NCBI RefSeq assembly: GCF_006345805.1
Contig: NC_043005.1
Coordinates: 17,360,001-17,424,000 of the forward strand
Direction of reading: 5' to 3'
From: Octopus sinensis
Lineage: Eukaryota
Length of the DNA stretch: 64,000 nucleotides
The notes under the pieces are model-generated. The model was given only the letters and a program-made list of their open reading frames with translations, was not told the DNA's origin and ran no database searches. Below, one piece after another: positions 39,901-50,974 of this stretch (position 1 is its first letter; each line of letters starts with the position of its first letter). The translations under genes were made by a program, and so were the position numbers.

Positions 39901-41217
39901 TCACAATCAAGGAACGGCCATAATAGGCCATTCCACTAGAAATAACAGCCAAAAAGCTTCAACCGCAAAATAACATTAATTCCGTAAACCAGGAGAAAAT
40001 TAAAAAACATTTACCTGAAATTCCTTATACGATGCCACGTTTCTTCTACTGTTTAATGGTAAACTAACCTGATTAAATTAAATCAAGCCAATCTACCATA
40101 GGCCCTTAGATTCATCAGTAAGGAATAGCCAAATCGGAACAGATATTTTTCACGAGGCATTCTCGTCCATGCCTCGCCAATATCTGACCTAAAATTTTCA
40201 AATCGTCGCACTCGCGCCAAATTATCGGCAGCAATAAAATATAAGCCGCCGATTCCATTACGGAACCAACCAGAAAATTCATAATTAATATATAGGGAGG
40301 CAAAAAAATTTTGTAGAATCATTTGCCCCCAGCGGCCTAGTGGGAAAAAAAATTAAATAGTCATAAACCATTTTTAAGTTCAATATCACAATCAAGGAAC
40401 GGCCATAATAGGCCATTCACCCACTAGAATAACAGCCAAAAAGCTTCAACCGCAAAATAACATTAATTCCGTAAACCAGGAGAAAATTAAAAAACATTTA
40501 CCCTGAAATTCCTTATACGATGCACCGTTTCTTCTACTGTTTAATGGTAAACTAACTGATTAAATTAAATCAAGCAATCTACCATAGGCCCTTAGATTCA
40601 TCAGTAAGGAATAGCCAAATCGAACAGATATTTTTCACGAGGCATTCTCGTCCATGCCTCGCCAATATCTGACCTAAAATTTTCAAATCGTCGCACTCGC
40701 GCCAAATTTATCGGCACCCTATATTGATTAATTATGAATTTTCTGGTTGGTTCCGTAATGGAATCGGCGGCTTATATTTATTTGCTGCCGATAAATTTGG
40801 CGCGAGTGCGACGATTTGAAAATTTTAGGTCAGATATTGGCGAGGCATGGACGAGAATGCCTCGTGAAAAATATCTGTTCCGATTTGGCTATTCCTTACT
40901 GATGAATCTAAGGGCCTATGGTAGATTGGCTTGATTTAATTAATCAGGTTAGTTTACCATTAAACAGTAGAAGAAACGGTGCATCGTATAAGGAATTTCA
41001 GGGTAAATGTTTTTTAATTTTCTCCTGGTTTACGGAATTAATGTTATTTTGCGGTTGAAGCTTTTTGGCTGTTATTTCTAGTGGGTGAATGGCCTATTAT
41101 GGCCGTTCCTTGATTGTGATATTGAACTTAAAAATGGTTTATGACTATTTAATTTTTTCCCACTAGGCCGCTGGGGGCAAATGAATTCTACAAAATTTTT
41201 TTGCCTCCCTATATTGA

Positions 41218-41225
<8 letters not shown>
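36974..41225. repeat. Tandem array of a ~487-bp monomer: 7 full units, one 333-bp partial unit, then about one unit inverted (40717-41225)
   Basis: Unit starts at 36974, 37461, 37949, 38438, 38924, 39412, 39899 and 40384; (TA)n on both flanks. Confidence 0.95.
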
Positions 41226-41251
<26 letters not shown>

Positions 41252-41257
<6 letters not shown>

Positions 41258-41527
41258 ATCACGTGACCGACCAGACCATCAGATGTTGTTACCCATCGCT
41301 GGTCACAATGCGTTCGCATTGTTTTTAGCCTTCGAATGACGCCACCCCGCTGGCCAAGCGAGCAGGCCAAGAGAAGAAAGAGTGAGAGAAAGAGTGATGA
41401 AAGAGTACAGCCGCGTGGAGCTTTTAGGTGTTTTCGCTCAATAAACACTCACAACGCCCAGCCTGGGATCGAAACCGCGATCCTGCGACCGCGAGTCTGC
41501 TGCCCTAACCACTGGGCCATTACGCCT

Positions 41528-41531
<4 letters not shown>
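41252..41531 (-). mobile_element. SINE family C with an alternative tail (type 2)
   Basis: Head and middle match 1542-1921; the 3' part differs and ends GTCACGTGATCACGTGA. Confidence 0.75.
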
Positions 41532-41578
<47 letters not shown>

Positions 41579-42715
41579 AAAAGAGGCAATATTTTTGGCA
41601 ACCATGATTCGATATGAAACACCCCGAACTACGCGCTTGAAAAATATGTCGGTGATACTGACACCATGTTGTTTTGTAGCTAGAATTTGCTATAAATTTC
41701 AAAACATTCCACTAGAAAGAATAAGAACTAAAAAAAAAACGAGAGCTTAAATACATAAACACACAACCCACAATGCACAAAACATATATACAACAGAAGA
41801 AATGAACAATGAAGAAACAAACAAACAAGCTGAAAGTATTTAAAAAATGCTGTGATTTGAAACTGTTGTTGCAGCAGCGGCAGCAGCAGCAACGGCAGCA
41901 GCAGGGCGATGTTTTATGGATGATTAGTGACGTGACTTCACCTGACAAAATCACTTTTATGAAAAAAAATTTATAATAATACATGTTTGAGTATGTGACT
42001 GCGTATGTCGCCCGACTGATTGTATGTGTGTGTGTGTGATGTATGTATAAATGGATGGCTGAACAGATGGATATGTTATCTAGCATTGTCAGCCATATTT
42101 GAATAGCTCTGCGATTCGAGTACATTTCAATGGTGACTGTTCAATTTTTGGTTTTGTATATCTATGACTGTTTATCCAATATAGTCATTGTTCTTTAAAA
42201 CAATAGGGTGTGGTTTCAGGGAGAAGTGTTAACACTTTCTAGCATGTCGAGCAATTATGTACAAGTTTCCTCGTTAGTTCCAGCGTTCAGGGAAAGCTTT
42301 TAAAATGTTTTAATGTATTTTCAAATGCATCCAATTCTCTCTCATCCTCCATCTTTTAACATACACACACACACACATACGACTGGCTTCTTTCAGTTTC
42401 CGTCTACTAAATCCACTCACAAGGCTTTGGTTGGCCCGAGGCTAGCGCAGAAGACACTTGCCCAAGGTGCCACGCGCCGGAACCATGTGGTTAAGATGCA
42501 AGCTTCATACCACACAATCACTCCTACACCTTATGAATATATACATACACATATGCACATGTATGTATGTATGTATGTATGTATGTATGTATGTATGTAT
42601 GTATGTATGTATGTATGTATGTATGTATGTATGTATGTATATATATATATGTGTATGTATATTTATATAAATACGCACACTATGCGCCATCCGTAGACAC
42701 ACATACACACATATA

Positions 42716-42754
<39 letters not shown>

Positions 42755-43277
42755 TCTACTAGGGTTTCTCTATGAGGATTTGAAGTAACAAGGAAAGTGG
42801 TGCGTCTACGGATGGCGCATAGTGGAATGGCCTTCAGTAATTGAGATTAGCTACAAATAAGTCTTAACCAAATAAGCAGCTACGGACCAACAGCGTCAGG
42901 CTCACCAAGGGAAATATAGCAAGTGATTAAAGAAATGTCTCTAACCAGACGACGAGGTTGAGGTAAAGCGAGTTCGGCCTTCCTCAACTAAGCTTAGCCC
43001 TATTGTAGAGTAGCAGTGACACTAATGTATACAACTGGCAGGAGAGCCGAAGGTGGATGGTGGAACAGCATGGATAAGCCACTAAACCTGATATAGATCC
43101 CTGTACTATGGCACTGCCAACTGGGTTGACAGCAAAGAAGCAATCGTTATCCCGATCCCTAGACAGCCGTTAACAGTTGATAGCTGATATTACCTTCATC
43201 ATCGCCAATTCATCCTTTGCCATGGAATTAAACCACGATCAGCCAATTTATAAGGCTTTGGAGGCAGCAGCCAGTTA

Positions 43278-44400
43278 CACTGGTCAACAAAATTAAATGT
43301 ATTATACTCATTATGAATGCAAACCAACTTTTTTAGACTTATTTTTCATGCTGATTTCAAAATTTCACTCCATTTGTATGCAGTTTTTCAGTAGATACAA
43401 GCAAATATTTATATATTTGTATATATGAAATTTGGGGTCCAGCAAAGATATCCTCTTTCAACTTCGCCTGTGAGATTTTGGGAAACTTTTCTACAATATA
43501 CTCAAACCCTCAACTGTCAGTCAATACATTTTGAAATCTGATGATTACAACGAACGTATGAAAGCGCTAATTGAACCTTATGAGCATTACAAAATATTTT
43601 TTAACGTTTAACACACTTCAACATTTTCAGTAGATACATGAAAATATTTACATATTTGTATATATGAAATTATTAACGTAATAAATAAGGACATATTATT
43701 TTTAGAAAGCAAATGAGTTTATTGAGTGAAAGTCACCACCCTCATTCTACAAATAGTGAATACACAAAACAGACAAAGTTAGAACAACAGAGTTAGAAAT
43801 ATTGTGATCTGGATTTCCTGCAGTGTTCCTGATCTGGTTGATCATAGTAAAGTGTCCAGCAGAAGTCAGCCAGCTTACTGTCATTCCAGAAGCCTCGGTA
43901 CCATTTCTCCATAACACTAATGTCCTGGTGAAATATTTCCCCATATTCATCAAACGCTGCTCCAATGTTAGCAACGAAGAAAACCAGATGGAAGTCCAAG
44001 AAGTAAACTTTCAGGGACATGCGACAATCCATTGCTGAGTAACATTTCAGAAGATTCTTGATGCTATCCTTGTTGCCCATTCCTTCTTGTTGCCAAGAAA
44101 TTCTCACTGATTCTATTGAAAGCATTCCAGGCAGGCAGTTCCAGTTCATCCAGTGTTGTCTTGAAGTTAACATCATGGAGTACTTCTCTAATTTGGAGTC
44201 CAACAAAGATATCCTCTTTCAACTTCGCCTGTGTGATTTTGGGAAACTTTTCTAGGATATACTCAAACCCTCCACTGTCAGTCAATACATTTTGAAATCT
44301 GATGATTACAACGAATGTATGAAAGCGCTAATTGAACCTTATAAAATACAATAATAAAATACAATAATAAAAAATATGAAAACCAGACCATGGTGTAACT
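43278..44400 (-). mobile_element. Chapaev3-like (CMC) DNA transposon remnant, transposase C-terminus
   Basis: EKFPKITQAKLKEDIFVGLQIREVL, AWNAF, MSLKVYFLDFHL..NIGAAFDEYGEIFHQDI and ADFCWTL; terminus TTA|CACTGGTCAAC; superfamily assigned from recalled motifs. Confidence 0.65.
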
Positions 44401-44434
44401 TTATTCAAATGATATGTATGTACATATATATTTA

Positions 44435-45008
44435 TATATTTTATTTTATTTTTATCTAGTTTCAGCTCACAAGCTGTGGCCATGCTGGGGCATCGCCATT
44501 TGGTGTTGCTACATGATTTTACTTCACGAATGCTTTTTAGCAATTGCCATTTGGTGCATGAGAGAGTTCGATGCAACTGCCCTCATCTGCACCTCCTGCC
44601 GTGAAGTTGGTTCATCTGGGACACCTGACAAGAAGAAATCCAGTTTTATTTTAAAGACATCTGCATCCACCCCATGCAGGTCTCTTAGGTTCTTCGGGAG
44701 GATATTGAAGAGCTGTGGGCCTCGGAAGCCCAGGCCATCACAGTATCTTGTCCTACATCTTGATGGCAAATTTGGAGTCCTTGGCACTATGCAGTGGCAC
44801 CCAGTTCTGGCATTTGTATAACTCTCGATGCCAAAGTTTGGGACAAGTCCTTCTAGGATCTTCCAGATGTATATTATGGCATATCTTTCTCGCCTACGCT
44901 CTAAGGAATAGAGTCTTAATCTCTTGAGTCTTTCCCAGTAGCTTATATGCTGCACAGAGGCTATCTTCTTCGTGTAGCTTCGTTCGATCGCCTCAAGTTC
45001 TGTGATTA
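44435..45008 (-). pseudogene. 5'-truncated CR1/L2-group LINE, ORF2 C-terminus and 3' UTR
   Basis: YWERLKRLRLYSLERRRERYAIIYIWKILEGLVPN...GPQLFNILPKNLR...FKIKLDFFL; stop at 44524; (AAAAT)-like tail. Confidence 0.8.
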
Positions 45009-45809
45009 ACACATACACACACACGCACATACACACACACATATATATATATGTACACACATACATATACATACATATAATATCCATATATATATGTGTG
45101 GTATAAATATATACATTCATACATACATACATACGCACACACACGCATGTATATATATAATATATATATATATATTATATAATATAATATATAGAGAGAG
45201 AGAGAGCAATAAGAAAATGAAGGGGGATCAATAGGTGGTATTCATCAACTTTTAGACATTATATTATATATATATATATTATATATATATATATATATTA
45301 TTATATACATATATACATATACATATACATACATATATATATATTTAATATATATATATATATATATATATAATTATATACTCCAAGTTTTAGATGTCGG
45401 GGTGGAAATCTGCTCTGGCATCTCGTCAGTTATTAAGACAAACAAAACTGCTATGAAAATGACCGTTAAACATAGTGTGTGTGCGTGCGTGCGGGTATGT
45501 ATATGTGTACATGTGTATGGTTGCATATGTATGTATACATATAGGTGAGTAGGTGGGTGTGCATGCGTGTGTTTCACGCGAGTGCGAGTGAGCATATGCA
45601 TATAGGCACATGTACGTGGGCGTGTGCGCGCGCATGTGTATGTATGTACATGAGCAAATACGCGAATTCTATGAGCGGTTTTTATTTTCTCCCCCTCGGT
45701 TTTTTCCCTTTATTTAGCAGTCATTCTAATAGCTCTTTTATTTGTCCTAATAACGGTCAGTTACAAAGTAATTTCCATTTGTTTAACGGTCATTTTCATA
45801 GCAGTATTG

Positions 45810-45886
45810 TTTGTCTTAATAACTGACGAGATGCCGGAACAGGTTTCCGCCCCGACATCTGAAACTCGGAGTTTTATTAAGACAAA
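45810..45886 (+). ncRNA. Type I hammerhead motif with 13-bp stem I; degenerate inverted copy at 45379-45471
   Basis: TTTGTCTTAATAA-CTGACGA-GATG(C)CGG...CCG(A)CATC-T-GAAAC-TCGGA-GTT-TTATTAAGACAAA. Confidence 0.65.
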
Positions 45887-45968
45887 CCGAATAATTGTCA
45901 CATATTATATTACAAATATATATATATATATTATATATATATATTATATATATATATATATATATCTA

Positions 45969-46002
<34 letters not shown>

Positions 46003-46024
46003 TAATGTATGTATATATATTAAG

Positions 46025-46330
46025 TGTATTCAGAAGGTCTGTGTGTTAATCTTCACTGTTAAAGAGATGTTGCATTTGCTGCCTGACTTATTACATTTGT
46101 TAGTGGAAGGATTGACCATTACGTAATCTTTTGAAGCTATATAGACTTGGAAAGTGGTGCAGCATTATAATCGTTTTATTTCTGAAAGAAACCGTATGCT
46201 AACTCTATCTTTCCTTAAATGTGTTCCCCGTCAGTCCAATATGTCTTCATCGTGCCACCGAAATTGTGTATATCGGCTCTAAATACCAGTTCCTTCTAGA
46301 GGCGTTTGTTGTTCTGAGTAAAATTTTCTG
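46025..46330 (-). pseudogene. Penelope-like GIY-YIG endonuclease remnant
   Basis: Minus strand, with frameshifts and stops: KELVFRADI...TY(I)GLTGNTFKER*S*HTVSFRNK...LSKSI. Confidence 0.55.
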
Positions 46331-46484
46331 GTGCAAAGCTCCAAAGTTGTTGTGATACATTTCTCCTCCTTTTCCTCCTCTCTTCATCCCGCCACCTCCT
46401 CCCCTCTTCTGCTTATTTTTCCTCTTCCTTCATGATGTTGCTGTTGTTGTTGTGTTTGTCGTAGTTGCTGTCCTCCTCCTCCTT

Positions 46485-46584
46485 NNNNNNNNNNNNNNNN
46501 NNNNNNNNNNNNNNNNNNNNNNNNNNNNNNNNNNNNNNNNNNNNNNNNNNNNNNNNNNNNNNNNNNNNNNNNNNNNNNNNNNNN
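46485..46584. other. Assembly gap (100 N)
   Basis: Run of N. Confidence 1.
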
Positions 46585-46763
46585 AGCTTCCAGTGCATGT
46601 AGGTCCTAACTCTGTCGTGTCTGTGAGTATATGGCTTTTCTTGCCATCATTTTATCATGATTCGTTGTTGTTCTAGTTTTAGTTTGGATTTCATTTGTTT
46701 TACAGCTTTTGCTGTTTCTTCTTTTTCTTCATAGTCGTTGTTGTTGTTGTTGTTGTTGTTGTT

Positions 46764-46859
<96 letters not shown>

Positions 46860-47262
46860 GCCTTTGCACAGCTTCTTACGCTGGAGATGTACCACAGTGT
46901 CAGCTTGTTCGCTACAAGGGAACAAAGGTGACACTTGTTACTTTTCGAGCACCTTCCGAAGTATTCGAGCGGTTCCGAGCAGTACTGTTTTCTGCAAGTG
47001 CTCCACCCTTATTGCAGCCCTTATTTGCTCCACGTACTTCTCGAGATTTTTGCTCACTGTTCCCAGGGCTCCGATAATTATTGGTACTACTGCTACCTTT
47101 TTCATCGACCACAACTGCTTAACATCCCAAGCTAACCTGTCATATCTCTCGACTTTACTTTCTTCCTTATCCCATACCTTGTTGTTAGCTAGGCATTCTA
47201 TGTCTATGATCCAGCATAGCTTGTTTTATTTCTCAATTAAGACTATGTCCGGCTTTCTATTC

Positions 47263-47263
<1 letters not shown>
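46860..47263 (-). pseudogene. R4/Dong-like retrotransposon 3' end, flanked by (TTA)n on both sides
   Basis: RKPDIVLIEK..WIIDIEC...VAVVPIIIGALGTVSKNLEK...LQKTVLLGTARILRKVLEK-stop; same family as 34316-34678. Confidence 0.85.
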
Positions 47264-47306
<43 letters not shown>

Positions 47307-47317
47307 TATTATTATTA

Positions 47318-47354
<37 letters not shown>

Positions 47355-47368
47355 GATTATTATCATTA

Positions 47369-48030
47369 GACGAAACCGTTCTGCACGCACTCGTCCAGTG
47401 CCCGAGTATTGCTGAACTATGGGTTTATGTCAAACAGCTACTGTCGCGTATAGGACGGATCCGGCTATCAGCTGAATCCATAGTGAAGATTGCCCAGCCG
47501 ACCTCCTTTAACCGGGAGGACAAGGCAGTTTTCCTTTGCCTAGTGGCTGTAGTGAAAGAGGTGATATGGTGGACCCGTTTGAAAGGGCTATGGTCAGACA
47601 CTTTCCTCTTTGGCCAAGGCCTCATCAACTTTTTCAATTTTCACCTGAAAAGGAAGATGAGAGTAAAGAGGGAAGTGATATCTGGTAGCAAGTTTATTGA
47701 AAGCTGGGTGAATGTCGCAAGAATGGCCAGTATGAATGGAACAATTCTGAGGATACACCTGTGAGAATTAAAAGGAAATATAAAAAGAGAAAGGGGCTCT
47801 CTACCCCACTTTTGACCAGGCTCCCGTGGCTTTTATGGGTTTTTCCACGAGTAACCTTTCAAAGCGCCTCCCCCTATTGGGAGTTTTAATTGTTACTCAT
47901 TTTTCATTGTCATCCTGTTTTTGTACACAGACTTTTTCAAACGGACAAAACTCTTTGTAACTTTGGTCCTGTGTTTTGTTCCTTTATGTTTTAATTGATT
48001 TTTGTTAGCCCTTGTGGCCAAACAACGAAC
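47369..48030 (+). pseudogene. L1/Tx1-clade LINE 3' fragment
   Basis: DETVLHALVQCP (ETxxHxxxxC zinc-knuckle half) ...VVKEVIWWTR...ESWVNVA, stop at 47764, T-rich 3' UTR. Confidence 0.7.
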
Positions 48031-48032
48031 GA

Positions 48033-48068
<36 letters not shown>

Positions 48069-48099
48069 TTATTATTATTATTATTATTATTATTATCAG

Positions 48100-48700
48100 C
48101 AGCTCGAGCTGGTAGAATCTTTAGCACGCCGGGCGAAATGCTTAGCGGTATTTCGTCTGCGTTACGTTGTGAGTTCGAATTCCGCCGAGGTCGACTTTGC
48201 CTTTCATCCTTTCGGGGTCGATAAATCAAGTACCAGTTACGCACTGGGGTCGATGTAATCGACTTAATACCTATGTCTGTCCTTGTTTGTCCCCTCTGTG
48301 TTTAGCCCCTTGTGGGTAATAAAGAAATAGGTATTTTGTGCGGCAAGCTGGCAGAAACGTTAGCACGCCGGGCGAAATGCTTAGCGGTATTTCGTCTGCG
48401 TTACGTTGTGAGTTCAAATTCCGCCGAGGTCGACTTTGCCTTTCATCCTTTCGGGGTCGATAAATTAAGTACCAGTTACGCACTGGGGTCGATGTAATCG
48501 ACTTAATACCTATGTCTGTCCTTGTTTGTCCCCTCTATTTTTAGCCCCTTGTGGGCAATAAAGAAATAGGTATTTTGTGCGTCTTTTACGTTCTGAGATT
48601 AAATTCCGCCGAGGTCGACTTTATCTTTCATCCTTTCGGGATCGACAAAGTAAGTACCAGTGAAACACTGGGGTCGATATAATCGACTAGTCAGCTTCCA
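48100..48700 (+). mobile_element. SINE B tandem (2 full units plus a variant partial unit)
   Basis: Direct homology. Confidence 0.85.
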
Positions 48701-48708
48701 CCAAAATT

Positions 48709-48742
<34 letters not shown>

Positions 48743-48799
48743 CAGTAGTAGCAGCAGCAGCAGCAGCTGTTGTTGTTGTTGTTGTTTATTTTGCATAGG

Positions 48800-49215
48800 C
48801 GCAGGAGTGGCTGTGTGGTAAGTAGCTTGCTTATCAACCACATGGTTCCGGGTTCAGTCCCACTGCGTGGCATCTTGGGCAAGTGTCTTCTGCTATAGCC
48901 TCGGGCCGACCAATGCCTTGTGAGTTGATTTGGTAGACGGAAACTGAAAGAAGCCTGCCGTATATATGAATATATATATATATATATGCATGTGTGTGTA
49001 TATGTTTGTGTGTCTGTGTTTGTCCCCCCCACCATCGCTTGACAATCGATGCTGGTGTGTTTACGTCACCGTCACTTAGCGGTCGGCAAAAAGAGACCGA
49101 TAGAATAAGTCCTGGGCTTACAAAGAATAAGTCCCGGGGTCGACTTTGCTCGACTAAAGGTGGTGCTCCAGCATGGCCGCAGTCAAATGACTGAAACAAG
49201 TAAAAGAGTAATAGA
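48800..49215 (+). mobile_element. SINE family A
   Basis: Full-length homology. Confidence 0.85.
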
Positions 49216-50049
49216 GTAAAAAGAGAGAGTATGGTTATAATAAACTGGTTTTAGCTGGGGATTTTGTACTTCAAATTAATTTGTCGAGCTTTTACAATAA
49301 GCTTTAGACAGAAAATACCTTTTTAAGAATATGAGCTGTTTCGAGGAAGGAGACTTTTGGAGCCTTCACATATCGGTCATTGTTGTTTAATTATGTTTAA
49401 TGTCCTTCTGATGATTTAAACTTTTAATGCTGGACATCCGCCACACATTTTAGCTATCTCTATTTTTAATTCAACATACATCAAGATCTTTCCTACACTT
49501 TTTAAATGTTTTACGTCTGAAGGAATGGCAACGTCTATAGTGTGTTGATACACTGCAATCACACCTCACAAAACAAACCAGACAGGAAAACATTTGCAAG
49601 CAACACATGTATACACCACAGAATTCCTCACAAAAATAAGCGATTAAACGATGAAAGCATTACTCATATAACACAACTCAAGGCTAACATAAACACAATA
49701 TATACAAATCGCGAGCAGAAATAAAGATCTGACTGATTAATGATGGACGGATCTTACAGATGAAAATTCAGACACCGATGAAATATCTGTAGCAATCACA
49801 CTGGTCTTGCCTACTTATGAAGTAGCAAACATGTTATCATTTCAATTCAAGTGATGACACTAAGGAGGTTTAGAAAAAACTGATGATGGAGTTTGGAACG
49901 TTCCTATTCCAAACACGTTGCAAGGAACTCGTGTGCAAGCGTGTATGAACAGACAGAAAGAAGGTTCACAAAAATGATTAATTGTAACGAGTCTACAGAT
50001 AAAGCCGCTCTCAGTATATGCGTGCGTGCGTCCGCAGGTACACATGTGC

Positions 50050-50775
50050 TTGTGAGTATGTACGCGCGCGTGCGCGAGTGTGTGTGTGTGTTTGTCTGTG
50101 TGTCTGTGTGTCTGTGTCTGTCTGTGTGTGTGTATGTGTGAGTCTGTGTGTCTATGTCTGTCTGTGTCTATGTCTGTGTGTCTATGTCTGTGTGTCTGTG
50201 TGTGTGTCTATGTGTGTGTGAGTGCACGCGCTTGCGGGTGTGTGTGGGTCTGTGTGTGTGTCTGTGTATGTGTGCGCGTCTGTGTGTGTGTCTGTGTGTT
50301 TGTGCACATGTGTGTCTGTGTGTGTGTGTGTGCGCGTGTGTGTGTCTGTGTGTGTGTCTGTGTGTGCGCGTGTGTGTCTTGTGTATGTATGTGTGTCCAT
50401 GTGTGTGTGTGCTTGTGTCTGTGTATGTGTCACTGTGTGTGCCCGCGTGTGTGTCCGCGCGTGTGTGTGTGTGCGTGTGTGCGTGTGTGTGTGTACGTGT
50501 GCACGTGTGTGTATCTTGTGTATGTGTGTATCTGTGTGTCTGTTTGTCTGTGTGTATGTATGTGTGTCTGTGCCTGTGTCTGTATGTGTGTGCGTGTATG
50601 TATCTCTGTGTGTGCGCGCGTGTGTGTCTGAATGTGTGTGTGTGTGTGTGTGTGCGTATGTGTGTGTGTGTGTCTGAATGTGTGTGTTTGTGTGTGTGTG
50701 TGTGTCTGAATGTGTGTGCGTGTATGTGTGTGTGTATGTGTGTGTGTGTGTGTGTGCGCGTGTGTGCGCGCGCAC
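50050..50775. repeat. Degenerate (TG)n/(TGTC)n microsatellite
   Basis: Direct reading. Confidence 0.95.
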
Positions 50776-50974
50776 TTACGTTTAGCTTATAAAAGAAAAC
50801 AAACTCAATACAGGTAACCGAGTTTCTGAAAGAAATTCATACAATCGAGAAACATGTCTATGTTGTGTACTAACGCCTACGATATATTAGACACACACAA
50901 AAAAAACAACTGTACAGATGCGTGTGCTTCTATGTGCTCTTGCATGTATATGTATCCGGCTGTGTTAATATGTG

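Noticed and set aside
37151-40934. Repeated ORFs (ARVRRFENFRSDIGEAWTRMPREKYLF...) in the 487-bp array
   Set aside because: Short, frame changes between units, no recognisable domain
40897-40935. CTGATGA-ATCTA...TAGAT in the satellite monomer as a hammerhead
   Set aside because: Stem II forms but is followed by TGGC rather than GAAA; no stem I or stem III
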